Shown here: in pieces, positions 26,830 to 39,788 of the stretch
How positions within the stretch are numbered: position 1 is the first letter of the stretch
Layout of the letters: every line of letters starts with the position of its first letter
Source of the DNA: Nymphaea colorata
Taxonomy: Eukaryota
NCBI RefSeq assembly: GCF_008831285.2
Contig: NC_045138.2
Location: 12,710,001-12,774,000 of the forward strand
Direction of reading: 5' to 3'
Length of the DNA: 64,000 nt
Translations under genes and position numbers: made by a program
Notes under the pieces: generated by a model
The model's database searches: none
What the model saw: the letters and a program-made list of their open reading frames with translations, nothing else
What the model was told of the DNA's origin: nothing

Positions 26830-28600
26830 TCATGATGGATCTAAGTCCATAGTGCCTCATATGTGGTGTAACAGTTTACAGAGCCATGTTGTTAGTTCTA
26901 CTGTAAACATTGGTGTTGGGAGGGTATTTGATTGTTTGGCCTTTGGTCACAGATGATTTCTGGTTATTTCTGATCAGTTGTGAGGATCGGTTGCTTCGAC
27001 TGAAATTCTTTCCTCCGGATTAGAACACAAGGTCAATAGCTTTGTGTCAACCAAAGAGGTTGGTTCAAAGTTGCTGGGATCCTTCTATGACTATCAGAGA
27101 CTTCAATGCCCTGCGTGCTTTCTCTCAATTTATATTGGATTTTGGTACTGGGGTGACAGAGGATGTTCATAGATATTTTACATGGGCTAATAACAAAAGT
27201 GGGAATGAATTGGTGCAGTGTCAATTAGATTGGTAATCAAGGTTGAAGAGACGGGGACTGTTTTGGGCTAGGTATAGGGTACCTGGCCCAATGCCCACCT
27301 TTATTCTCACTACCATGCACGTGATCCTTCTAAAGAAACCAGTGTCCTAGAAACAGAAATATTGAAGAAAACGGGGAAGATGAAAAGAGATGGAATGAAA
27401 GATTGGCAGGACATGAGAAACAGTGCATTAAGGAAATGGTCAAATGATCATCCTCCTCTAGAAAAGCTCTACCTTTTGTCTCGCTTGCTCTGTTACTACA
27501 CTCGAATGACATCATTCAATAGCCGGAGAAATTGCCATGGGAGCAGATGCCGGCAAATGCAGTCGAAGAAGAAAACAAGCGTTTCTTTGTCAATTTTGAA
27601 AAAAATAATGTCTTCCATCCATAGCAGATCTTTGAGAGTTTCATGGAAAAGTTAAGTGCCAATTTGTTGTGTTTCAATAGGTAAGCGGTTGTTTGTAAAA
27701 TTTTCTAAATTTATGTGGGACTCTGTCGCTGGATCTGTCTGATCAATCCAGTCAACTGGCACGAGAGCATGACAAGGTCTAGGCTGACCAGGCTTGACTG
27801 GCAAGAGCTAACGCTGTACAAACGAGCCGAGCTCAAGCTAGGCCAGCTTGAACTCAACTCGAGCTTTACAAGATGAGTTTGACTCACTTAAACCGAGTCT
27901 CAGCTCCAGCTCAGCTCATGTCCCTTAATATGTATTTATGATTTCAAGTGACCAATGTATGCTGAACTCTGTTATTTTTCATAAAACAAAGTTAAAAATT
28001 TCACATTTTTATTTAAGCCATTTTAAGCTTTTTAAATTACGTGTTAAACCAGTCAAGTTCGTCCAACTCAAACTCAACTCATTTACAAACTTGAATTATC
28101 AATTAAACTCGAACTTGACTCGTTTAACTTACGAGTCTTACGAGTCGAGCTCGAGTTGAATTTAAACAAACATCAAGCCCGAGTTGACTTGACTCATTGA
28201 CCATCCATCCCTAGCAAGAGCAGCAAGAAGAGCAAATGGAGTGATGATCATGGTATGTGGAACAATCTTCCCTTCGAGGAAAAGAGAACCTTTTACTATC
28301 GTAAGCAATTCAATTCAATGATGAAGACTGTTTGAAAGGTCAAGACTGGGCAGCACCATCCATACCACGCCACAGGGTTTCACTTGGTACTGCATCTAAC
28401 ACGTGGTCTTACACAATCATATGGTACAGCATACGGGAATCGACAGGGCAGGTCTCCATACATCCATAATGGACGCCCTCATATTAGGATATGAACACTG
28501 AAGAAACTCGTCTTTTGTGATTTAAACGTCTATGAGGTGCCTCCAGAAACAAAGATGATCAGCGAAGCCAATGGTCCACCACTACAAATGAACCCGCTCA
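26830..28600 (+). mobile_element. Degenerate L1 LINE ORF2 (endonuclease region), interrupted by a MITE
   Basis: ORF 27042..27236 contains RDFNA and FTWANNKSGNELVQCQLDW, resembling the APE endonuclease GDFN and FTW.N...RLDR motifs. Boundaries are approximate. Confidence 0.6.
27809..28213. mobile_element. hAT-type MITE, 405 bp, nested in the LINE remnant
   Basis: 8-bp TSD GCAAGAGC at 27801-27808 and 28214-28221. CGAGC-rich subterminal repeats; the TIRs are degenerate. Confidence 0.78.
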
Positions 28601-28799
28601 GCCACTAAAGTTTTACACAAAAATTACAGGACGTCACAGTAGCTCAGCCATAAGCACAGCCATGTCAACAATGAATGCCAGTCAAATCTGGAAAAGCTTT
28701 TGACTGTTCCCATGCCTGTAGGCAAGTGTAGAACTCATGAAAACTGTGGCAAGGATGAAACTGCATTAAGCATCGCCAATCAAAGAAATGAGTTAGTGT

Positions 28800-30240
28800 C
28801 AATAATCATAAATCATGACAACTAGAACGCAATCAAGTAAAATCAGGACATGACATAAAAGTACTTGTTCAATCATCAAAAGAAAAGGAAAATGATGAGT
28901 TCAGCGAAGTATCAGCAACTATTGAAATTTTCCATGCAGTGGATTATCTTGAGTCAAAAGTGGAAACCAAGTTTGCATTGATACATGTGTGCTCGTACTT
29001 TCTAGTAGTTTTCTGCTTTGAAGTTGCTAAAAGTTGTTGAGGCATGGTTTACTTCTACAATTGTCATGATAAAGTAATTAAAAACATCATTATCAATGAT
29101 TTATGGTGGAAACCAAGTTTGCATTGATAGATGCATGCTCGTACTTTCTAGTAGTTTTCTGATTTGAAGTTCTTAAAAGTTGTTCAGGCATGGTTTACTT
29201 CTACAATTGTCATGATAAAGTAATTAAAAACATCATTGTCAATGATTTATGGTGGCAGAGAGTGTCGTATCTTTTCCAATTCAAAGAAACAATTTGTGAC
29301 ATGTTTGAAGTTGATAAAGATGAGCCCATGCTTCATAAAATTTATAAAATATGAGAATATGATTGAGCAAATTCAACATATAGTGTTTTTTAAGCATGAG
29401 GAAAAAAAGATTGCACTTGATGGTTAAAAACTTTTCAATTGCATACATTTAATATTAGTGGAAAGATGGAATAAAGGCAATATATAATTGCCTTGCACGT
29501 CTAATTTTTGAATCTAAAATATTATTCTAAAAAATGGCTAATAGGAGTTCCTGGCTGTTTCTCTAATTCAAAATAGTGAGACATCTAAAAATAGACTAGC
29601 ACGCATGGAGAGACTTCATTTAAATCCTTACATCAGAAGAGAAGTTATAAATACACAATGTTTTGTACTAGTACCTTTGAATATTTAAATGCAGTGCTAG
29701 CAAGAGATGACAAAGAACAATGTTTTCCATTGGTGCTAGTCTTAAGGATAAAAAATGCTCACACTCCAAAAACTTGCAATGAGATTTCTACATCAGCCTG
29801 CTATATATTCATGTTGAGAACGAAATTGAAACACATATCCTCAAGCAGACGACATCAAAAGGAATAAACACATTGGCGAGTACCAGAATATTTGGTTTTT
29901 GTGCACTCCAATTTGTGTTTTGTTTTACGAAAGAAAGGAAAATAGCTATTGCATTTTTTTTTATGTTATTTTATTGATTCACTTGTGTTCCATTGGATTT
30001 GCTATGTTTCTATGCTTAATATATTCAACTTTCTAATTTTTATATTGCAATTACATGCAATTGTGGATCATCCAAACTTTGGGATGTAGAAAGAAGAATT
30101 ATGACAAAGAAAGCATGACGCACACTCTTAACATGGTTGTAGTTGATTTTCTTATTCCCTTCTTCTGATTTGCAATGACAATGAAAGCTTGGAAGATATT
30201 GATGGAACAAGAAGACTCACATATATGATGCTTATGAAGT
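28800..30240 (+). pseudogene. Degenerate hAT transposase (DUF659-type, catalytic and dimerisation regions)
   Basis: Fragments FSALKLLKVVEAWFTSTIVMIK, DKDEPMLHKIY, TLQKLAMRFLHQPAIYSC*ERN*NTY and EYLVFVHSNL resemble the hAT TRFAS and CERNWS...LVFVHSNL motifs. A ~146-bp tandem duplication lies at 28960-29255. Confidence 0.7.
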
Positions 30241-30341
30241 ATGAACTCAAAATTGAAAAATCTATTGCTTGCTTACTTAATTATATAATAATTAATTGTT
30301 TCTTTTTTTTGAACCCTTGATAGAATGATTGATAATAAATA

Positions 30342-30377
<36 letters not shown>

Positions 30378-30380
<3 letters not shown>

Positions 30381-30722
30381 AAAAACGGTAGCTACCAGAC
30401 CTACATATACTAGATTTTGATGTCAAAGCCATGTTTCTAAGAAGATTAGAAAATGGAGATTAAGTTACAGATACAGAAGCCAAGCTTAATAGTCCAAAAT
30501 ACCCTTCAAATATGGGAGGGGAGAGAAAGAAGAGGAACAAATGAGTTTCCTTAAAAGAAATCACTTGTCTCCATTGAGAGGTATTTCGGACCTTTGAAAA
30601 AATAATTTGGCTTCTATATTTACAATTTAATCACCACCATCAAATCTCTATGCCTTGGGATCGACTATGTAGATGATTCCATCAAGTCTGCTATATGAGA
30701 GTCTAGTGCTACCTATTTTCCA
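30378..30722. mobile_element. MITE with long TIRs between two (TA)n tracts
   Basis: GGAAAAACGGTAGCTACCAGACCTACATATA / TATATGAGAGTCTAGTGCTACCTATTTTCC, with (TA)n on both flanks. Confidence 0.78.
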
Positions 30723-30743
30723 ATATATATATATATATATTAT

Positions 30744-30986
30744 AAAACTCTGCCAAAATGTCGCCTCTATTATCGCACAATCATGGGTGGATTGAAGAGC
30801 ATCAAGATGCACTTAGTTGGTTCACTGTACACTACCCTAAAAGCTTGTCTTAATGTGCCTCCAAATGTGCGAGAACAACTTATCGCAAGTTTAGACAATG
30901 TTGACAAAATTATTCTTGATTTTGAGAATAATCTACCACAACTATCACAGCAACCACTGACGCTGCCATCGCCACCTTTCACATAG
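30744..30986 (+). pseudogene. BED zinc-finger fragment (hAT transposase N-terminus-like)
   Basis: KCRLYYRTIMGGLKSIKMHLVGS...KACLNVPPNVREQL matches the plant hAT pattern C-x2-C...GG...K.HL.G...C..VP..VR, with the second Cys changed to Tyr. Confidence 0.6.
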
Positions 30987-31090
30987 TAAAAGCTTAGTGG
31001 AGCCATTAAAGAAACACTGAAGATTTTCATTTCTTGCTAAGTCACATGGGTACGGGTACGGTTTGGGTATGGGTACGGAGATATGGGTAC

Positions 31091-34000
31091 TGTTAGATTT
31101 TGGGTGTCGAAGTATCACCTATGTCCAGATTGAGCAAAGGAAGATAAGAGAGAGAATAGGAAAAGAAAAATGAGGAAGGGAGATAAGCGTTTACATTCTC
31201 ACACAACCCATTTATATAATGATCCCTCTACACAATTTACAAGAATCTAGAATGAAACAATAACAATAATCTAGAGCCTAGAGTGAAGCAACACATTAAT
31301 CTAGAGTGAAGCAACACATTAATCTAGAGTCAGAATAAAACAATTACAGAAATTATAATCATAACCCTGCCTAGATAAATGCGCTCAGACATGGTTAGAT
31401 GTGTTGGATCTGATTCAGTAGACGTGTTGGATCGGGATCAGATTAGATCCAACATCTTATCATCCTCCCTCAAGTTGTATATGGTTTTGCACCATGTACA
31501 ACTTGCCTTTTAGAAATCAAAATCGTTGCTTCATTAGTCCTTTTATAAATAAGTCTGCAACTTGTTCATCTATATGAACATAAATAGGCTGAATCTCCTT
31601 GTCTTCCGCCTTTTGTCTAATAAAATGTTGATCAATCTCAATGTGCTTTGTTCGACCATGTTGTATGGGATTAAAAGCAATGTTAATAGCGTTTTGATTA
31701 TTGCACATTAACATTGACGTTTTAATCTTTTCTCCAATGTCTTCTAGCAAATGTCTAACCCATGTGACTTCAGTAGCACCTGCAGCCATGCATCTGTATT
31801 CTGCTTCAGTGCTGGATCTTGCCACTGCCTTTTGCTTTCGACAACTCCATGACACAAGATTACGTCCAATGAAAATACAAAAACCAGAAATGGACTTTCT
31901 TTGATCGGGATCTCCAACCCAATCTGCATTTGTGAATGTCATAAGTTGATGTCCAGCGGATATATTTTCACTCTTACCATAAACTAAGCCATCTCCTGCT
32001 GTCCCTTTTAGATATCTTAATATTCTTTTAACAACATCCATGTGAGTATCTCTAGGTGCATGCATAAATTGAGATACTTGATTCACAACACATATAATAT
32101 CTGGTCTAGTGAATGTAAGATATTGAAGTGCCCCAACAATACTTCGATATTGTGTAGGATCTTCATATAACTCTTCATCCTGAGCACTTAGTCTTTGATT
32201 TAGAACACTAGGAGTTCCAACAGGCTTACAATCAGACATACCTGTCTTTTTCAGTAGATCCAACGTGTATTTCTGTTGTGTCAATGTGAGGCGATCATTG
32301 TGCCTATCAATCTCCACTCCAAGAAAGAATCGTAAATCACCAAGCTCTTACATTTTGAAGTTTTGCATCATCAAAACTTTAACTTCTTCTATGTGTTTTT
32401 CTGAATTTCCTGTGATAACAATATCATCAACATATATAAGAAGTAAAGTAAATATGTTTTCCTTTTGATAGATGAAAAGAGAGTAATCTAAAGGACATCT
32501 TCAAAAACCACATTCTTGAATCTTGCAGGAAAAACTGTCAAACCATGAGCGTGAAGCCTGTTTGAGTCCATAAATAGATTTTCTTAGTTTACAAACCCAT
32601 GCATGAGGATCTCCTTTCGTATATCCTAGAGATTGTTCCATATATACTTCCTCCCTCAAATCACCATGAAGAAAAGCATTCTTCACGTCCATTTGATGTA
32701 GTCTTCATCTATATTCAACTGCCAATGATATAATCACACAGATTGTTCCCATTTTGATCACAGGGCTGAATGTTTCATCATAATCTTCTCCATATTGTTG
32801 TGTGAAGCCTCGTGCCACCAATCTTGCCTTGTATATTTCTACACTGCCATCAAGTTCATATTTAATTTTATAAATTCATTTCGATCCTACTACATTCTTT
32901 TCTTTGGGTCGAGGAACAACTTTTCATGTTCCACATTCATGCAATGCATCTATTTCTTCATTCATTGCCTTGATCCAATGCGACGACTTGGATGCTTCCT
33001 CAAAAGAAGTAAGTTCATCTCGTTTTATAACTTGAGACATAAAGAGCTGAAAATCTAAGGAGAGATTATCATAGCTTACCCATCTATGAATGGGGTGTCG
33101 CACTCGCACCGATCTTCATAACTTGAGACATAAAGAGCTGAAAATCTAAGGAGAGATTATCATAGCTTACCCATCTATGAATGGGGTGTCGCACTCGCAC
33201 CGATCTTCTAACAGGCCGATCATAGACTTCAACGTGGGAAGAGGTCGGATTGCCATCTCTCCTTCTTTTCTGACGTGTGTAAACCTGTCCTGAAAATCGA
33301 CATGAAGCATTGTTTTCTCCTTCTTTCATAGCTGGAACAAGTTCTTTGTTTCCTTCTGTTTCTGTGATATGTGAAGATCCTATCTCATCATGTGGATGTG
33401 ATTCTAGACTGCCTCCTGCAAATAGCTCAGCACTTACCCAAGGATCATATGATCCCACAGGTTGAGAATTCTCAGTAGAAATGTTAAAATTGTGTTCATC
33501 AAACACAACATTTCTTGATACTTTGATGCGTCTGGTTGTAGGGTCATAACATCTGAAACCTTTGTATTCATCTGCATAGCCAACAAACCTGCACTGCACT
33601 GCTTTGCTATGAAATTTATTTCTCAATGACGAGTCAATGTGAACATAGCACACACATCCAAAAACCCTTAAATCATTGTAGTTTGGATTTCGACCAAAAA
33701 GAGTGAAGTAAGGAGATTTTGAATCCAAAACTGTCATGGGCAGACGATTTATTATATGCACAGTAGTGTGAAAAGCCTCCGTCCATAGAGTAATAGGAGT
33801 ATTACTATCATGCATCATACTCATACCACTTTCCACGATGTGATGATGTTTCCGTTCAGCTACACCATTTTGTTGTAGGGTGTATGGGCATGAAATCTGT
33901 CGAGTTATCCCATTTTCTCGTAAAAAGTTAATAAAGTCATGTGAAGAATATTCTCCCCCACCATCACAATGGAAATGCACAACTTTAGACGAGAACTGTG

Positions 34001-36372
34001 TTTCGATCATGGCATGAAATTCTCGAAAGATACTAAACACTTACGATTTTTGTTTCATGAAGTGAATCCAAGTATATCGAGAATAAGAATCTATGAACAA
34101 AACATAATAGCGAGAGCCAAACAAAGAATCAATGGGAGCTGGCCCCCATACATCAGAATAGACAATCTCAAAAGATTTAGAAGCTCTTTTATTGATATTA
34201 TTATGAAAAGGAAGTATATGACTCTTACATAGTTCACAACTAGAACATTTTTTGTCATAGGAATCAAAAGATAGACTGGATTTTGGAATGAGATTATCTG
34301 ATGCAAGTTTTTCCAAAAACCCACGACTACAATGTCCCATACGACCATGCCATAAATTTGACTTACTGACGTCTGATTGGAGACAGCTAAAACTTGGAAT
34401 TTGTGAAGGTTTGGAAGGAAAGCAGGTCAATTGAGCTGGACTTGAAGAGGACTGGAAGAGATAAGGATTTTCCTTGAAAACATACATATTTCCTTGGCGT
34501 TCTCCTTCAGCGAATGTTTTCTTCATTAGAAGATCCTTGACATACACAGAAGAAGAAGCAAATTCAACAGATGAGTTTGTATCATCTACAAGTTTAGAAA
34601 TGAAAATAATATTCTTTCTGATATTTGGAGCAAGGGCAACATTTGACAAAGATAGTGGAAATTGTGATGTTGGAAGAGAAATTTGTGCATTTCCAATATG
34701 TGTGATAGGATGAAAACCTCCATCACCTGTAACTATATTACTTTTACCAGAATAAGGAAGAAGGTCATGTAACTTACTAGCATTTCCAGTTACATGAGTA
34801 GCAGTGCCTGAATCCAAATACCATTCGCCTTGATCACTTTGTTTCATTGTCATCTTGGAGAGGGCAGTCATAAGTATTTGTTATGCATCGGCTTCAGGTT
34901 TATTTCCTCTGTTTTGTGGATTGAACCAGCAATTTGCTTTGATGTGACCCTTCTTGTTACATTGGAAACACGTTGGCACCTTTTTTGTGGTATTAGTTTG
35001 AAATCTTCTTGTAACACTTGGTGTTGGCAGAATACCTTTGCCAATTTGTTCATCATGCCCACGATTCATGCCTTCTTGATGAGCCCCATTTCCTTTTCTA
35101 TGACCTGCGGCAGCTTCCATAACTAAAGCATTGTGAGCATTACCTTGGTTTGTTCCTCCCATCAGTTGTTTCATATTCATTTCATGTTGAAGCAGCTTGC
35201 CATGAAGTTCATTGAAGGTGGGCAAGATAGGGAAAACTTCAAGAGCAGTAGTGAAGGCATAAAAATCTGGTCCAAGGCCGCTAAGAGTCTGCTGGACTTT
35301 TTCTTTGTCGGAAACAACATATCCAGCAACTCCCAACTGATCAGCTATCCCTTTAAGACGTCCCAAGTATTCCATAATCGACATTGACCCTTTGCTAAGA
35401 TTCTGAAACTCTTTCTTCAAATATAGAATACGTGCCTCTGAAATTTGAGAATAGGTTTCAGCAAGACTGATCCATAACTGTCCTGTTGTACAGTCATCAG
35501 AAAGAGAAATCAACACTTCTTGAGAGAGCGTTGATGTGATATACGAAAAAAAACTTTGATCTCGTTTCATCCATGTTATAAATTGAGGGTTACAAATTTC
35601 CTGAGTGGCAATTGTCTCTCTTCTCTCATTCTTAACCTCTTGTTGAATGAACTGTGGTGGGATTGGAATGGAGCCATCAAGATGTCCGTACAGATCCTGA
35701 CTCCTTATGAAAGGAGTGATCTGCCTTTTCCAGGTAAGATAGTTGGAGTGGTTCAGTTTTTCAGAAATAAGGTGTGGCAAGAAGTTGAGGACATATTGGA
35801 TTGTGAGAGAATATCCATTATATATCTATCAACGTAGATGTATACAAACAGAAATATAAGAGTGTTGTCAAGGTAGATGAAGGATTAGTAGCAGAATGTT
35901 AGAAGGAGTATAAGAGAAAACCAACCTGGAAATTTCAAGTCTGTTCAAACATTCTCCTCGGTAGAACCAGCCAGACCTTGCTCTGATAGCATGTTAGATT
36001 TTGGGTGTCGAAGTATAACCCACGTCCAGATTGAGCAAAGGAAAGATAAGAGAGAGAATAGGAAAAGAAAAATGAGGAAGGGAGGTGAGTATTTACATTC
36101 TCACACAACCCATTTATATAGTGATCCCTCTACACAATTTACAAGAATCTAAAATGAAACAATCACAATAATCTAGAGCCTAGAGTGAAACAACACATTA
36201 ATCTAGAGCCTAGAGTGAAGCAACACATTAATTTAGAGTCTAGAATAAAACAATTACAAAAATTACAATCATAACCCTGCCTAGATAAATGCGCTCAGAC
36301 ATGGTTAGATGTGTTGGATCTGATTCAGTAGACGTGTTGGATCTGGACCAGATTAGATCCAACATCTTATCA
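31091..36372 (-). mobile_element. Full-length Ty1/Copia LTR retrotransposon (Ale/Retrofit-like), decayed (Copia-A)
   Basis: LTRs 31091-31462 and 35992-36372 (TG...CA) differ by ~16 substitutions and 3 small indels by my count. 5-bp TSD GGTAC. PBS TGCTATCAGAGC at 35991-35980 and PPT GAGGGAGGA at 31471-31463. Gag, CCHC, WYLDSG protease, integrase, RT and RNase H are broken by stops and frameshifts. Confidence 0.96.
33027..33208. repeat. Perfect 91-bp tandem duplication in the Copia-A integrase-RT linker
   Basis: 33027-33117 is repeated at 33118-33208; 91 bp shifts the pol frame. Confidence 0.92.
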
Positions 36373-37312
36373 GGTACGGGTACGACAACTTTAAAAAAAT
36401 GTGGGTACGGGGGTACAGCAGGATATATGTATGTATATATGCAAAAAAACACAAAAAAATCAAAATGAAAGCAACATTTTAGTAAACAAGTGATATAAAC
36501 AAAAACATCAGTATGTTAATGAACAATAAATCTAAGAATATAATGAAAAGTAAGGTGAAAAAAATAAAATCAAAGTAAAATTAAGCAGTTTGAATCTAAA
36601 GGTGCTCGAATGTGTCTAAGTACCCACTTTGGGAACAGGTACAACGACACGGGTACGTGGACCTTACTGAAGTACCCGTATGACTTATTGTTATTTTTAG
36701 TAGACTAATGATTGTATGGTTGAATTCTTGAGGGACCTTAGATAGTTAAATTTTAACTTACTATTATGTGATCCTATGTGCAATCAGTGAATTAAGTGAT
36801 TGACATGATTCACAATAATTTTCTTATGTCTTTGACTGCTTTGTTCACTTCAAATGTTGTGTTTGTGAGCCCTCTTTTAATTTTATTTTGCTTTTAACTA
36901 ATTCAAACTAACTAGTCAAGGTTAGTCTCCTAAAGCTTTGACTTACTTGAGTCTAGCTTCCGATTTTGACAACTAACCCAAGTGGCAAGGAGAAGCCGCT
37001 GGAATGCACCAAAATCAAGGAGGAACTCTTTTCAACTTCTTGAACGGGTTTAGATGTGAATTTAAGAAAATGAGGTTGACTCTTCTCTTTACTCACTGCT
37101 CCACCTCACAAAGATATTCTCAGCAAATGTAGTGGTGAGAAGACAAGGCACAACATGAACAAAAATGGACAAAATGTTCTAGCAATGAATCTTCATCAAC
37201 AGAAGAAGACACAGCTATTCAATTTCAAGTCAAAGAAGACATCAAAACTTATAGACCATAATATTTTATAACATTTTGAGGTCGAAGTCAATGCAATGAG
37301 CATATTTATAAA

Positions 37313-37860
37313 TAGGCTGTTTAACAAGTCGAACTAACTCGAGCTCGACTCGAACTCGCTCGATAAACTTGACACGAACTTGACTCGTTTATTAAACGAG
37401 CTCGATAAACTTGACATGAACTTGACTCGTTTATTAACGAGTCGAGTTCGAGTTAAGAAATGAACTCTACAACCTAAACGAGTCGAGCTTGAGTTAAGTG
37501 GGCTCGGCTCGGTTAAACTCCGTTCAGCTCAAGAAAGAAAATATATAAAATACGTCTCATAAAATGATAAAAAAAAAGTAGATTGCTTAAATGGATATAC
37601 ACGTGACTGGTATGTGGGAGGTTCTATGTTCAAGTCTGTATGCTGCCTTCTTAAAAAAATAATTTTTTTTTTAATGAAATGCTTGGATTGGCTCAAGCCA
37701 ATCTTCCGAGTTCAAGTTTTAATAACTCAAGCCGAGTCGAGCTCGAGCTAATGAAATTGAACTCGAGTTGAGCTTGAGCGGAGTTTGAGTTCCTTTCAAG
37801 ACATACAAGCCGAGTTCAAGCTGGCTCAACTTGGCTTGAACTCGCTCATGAACAGACCTA
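37313..37860. mobile_element. hAT-type MITE, 548 bp
   Basis: TIRs TAGGCTGTT / AACAGACCTA. Perfect 8-bp TSD TTTATAAA at 37305-37312 and 37861-37868. Confidence 0.85.
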
Positions 37861-38034
37861 TTTATAAAATAGCTATATACCATTTCCTTTCCCATGAACT
37901 GGGAGCTATCAAACCCGTATTCTTGGAGAATTAGATGATAAGGAATGAAAAAAAAAATGCTATCTCATAGATTCTGTCAGCAGAAGCTATTGAAGAATTA
38001 GACAATAAATGAAAAAAAAAATGGTATGCTGTAG

Positions 38035-38066
<32 letters not shown>

Positions 38067-39239
38067 GAGAGACACATACATGTGCAAATACAAGACTATT
38101 CACTATAGCAAAAGTTCATGTGTTTTTTAAAGTCCTCCCAATTTTCACACAATCTCATTGTGGTCATCTAAATGCCGGGCAATCTATGGTTTAGGGCCTT
38201 TATATCAAAGATCATTTACATTTTTTGATATGCTTAATGTGAACAGGTATACCTCAAATTCTCAAATATTTTTTTCTGTAATGGATCTGAAAATTGACAG
38301 CTATTGGAATAGTGGGAAAATGCTGCAGTGTCTCGTCATTAAATGTTTCTATGCTTCAAACTAGGATGAACTCATCTCAAGCACCATAGCTGAAGGAGGT
38401 CCATATGCATCGAGAACATCCTATGAAACTTCTGAGGTGACACAAATTCGATATTTATAATCAGGCTTACCTTATTCTCTATTTTCTTCTTTTAGTAAAT
38501 GCGGCCCATTGGTTTGTGCTGGTTTAACAAGATTTTGTTCGTTAAAACAGGTCAACGAAGAGAGAAACACTGGAGCTGATTTAAACTTTTGCAGACAAGG
38601 CCGAAGATCAGCCTCAAAGTGGAAAAGAGCTTGTTTTTTGTGGTTCTAAAGCATTTTCTCACTGATGTGCCCTTTCCATCCGTTTCTTAATTTCATGTGA
38701 GATGGTTTAGCACTACGAACTTGGAGGTTGATTCTGTTCTAAATGAAAAATAAGACTGCCATGATGACTACAGAAGAAGGGTCAACCTCAAAGAGGACCA
38801 TTAAAGTTATATATACACTCGCGCACACACACACACACATATACATAGGACCTTAGTTTTGGCCACTATTTAAAGCAGTTCTCAAATCTCAGTCTAGAAA
38901 AACCAACCATATGGATGTAAAAAATGTCCATTTTTTTTCTCAGAAAGAAATTTGATCCATATCTTAGATTTTATAAGGATCTGAGTTAACAGCTTTAAGT
39001 TTGTAATGCCATCAAATCCGAACTAGACAACCTTTTTTCTCAGTCCACCATACTTGGAAATTCCACATCCATCTAGACATTTAGATTTTTTGAGAAAACA
39101 TTTTACATTGCTGGAAACAGCCTATCAGGTGAACCATCTAGATAGCCAAATTCCAAAATTTGCAAAAAGACATAAATTTCTACGAAAATTCCCGTAGGCA
39201 ATTAGGTATATTTTAGGTACATATTCTTTCTCTCTCTTT

Positions 39240-39272
<33 letters not shown>

Positions 39273-39436
39273 CATGTGTGTAAATGTACATGTATAGAGT
39301 TCCATAAACCAAACAAAGCCTGAATTCCGATTTTCACTTTCATCTTGCTACAGTATGCAGTGCACTCATGTCACCGCAGGATTGAAGATGGAGCAAAACA
39401 TTCTGCCCACAAATAGCCTAAATTTTGGGATATAAG

Positions 39437-39752
39437 TGTTAAAATATAAATCCTTCACCAGCACGTTGAAGAGGAGTCTCTTAGGATTCCACCTCCTTGT
39501 AGAATGTGTTAAGATATTTAATGTCCTTGTAACATGTGAAGAGTCTCCTAGGATTCTATGTTGTAGTTAATATCCTTGTAATATGTGAAGTCTCTTAGGT
39601 TTCTATGATGTAATTAATGTCCTTGGAGCTTGTGAAATCTCCTAGGATTCTACGATTGGAGACTCTTAGAATTCTGGAAATGGGATTATAAATAGAGGCC
39701 GTGCAAACCATTTTGGCCACGGCTTCTTCTCCTCAGTTTCTTCTTGTTTTCA

Positions 39753-39788
<36 letters not shown>

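Larger units (their letters stand above)
31037..36688. mobile_element. GGGTAC-repeat MITE (~365 bp when empty) split by the Copia insertion
   Basis: TIRs CTAAGTCACATGGGTAC (31037) / GTACCCGTATGACTTAT (36688). GGGTAC repeats occur on both sides of the Copia. Confidence 0.7.
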
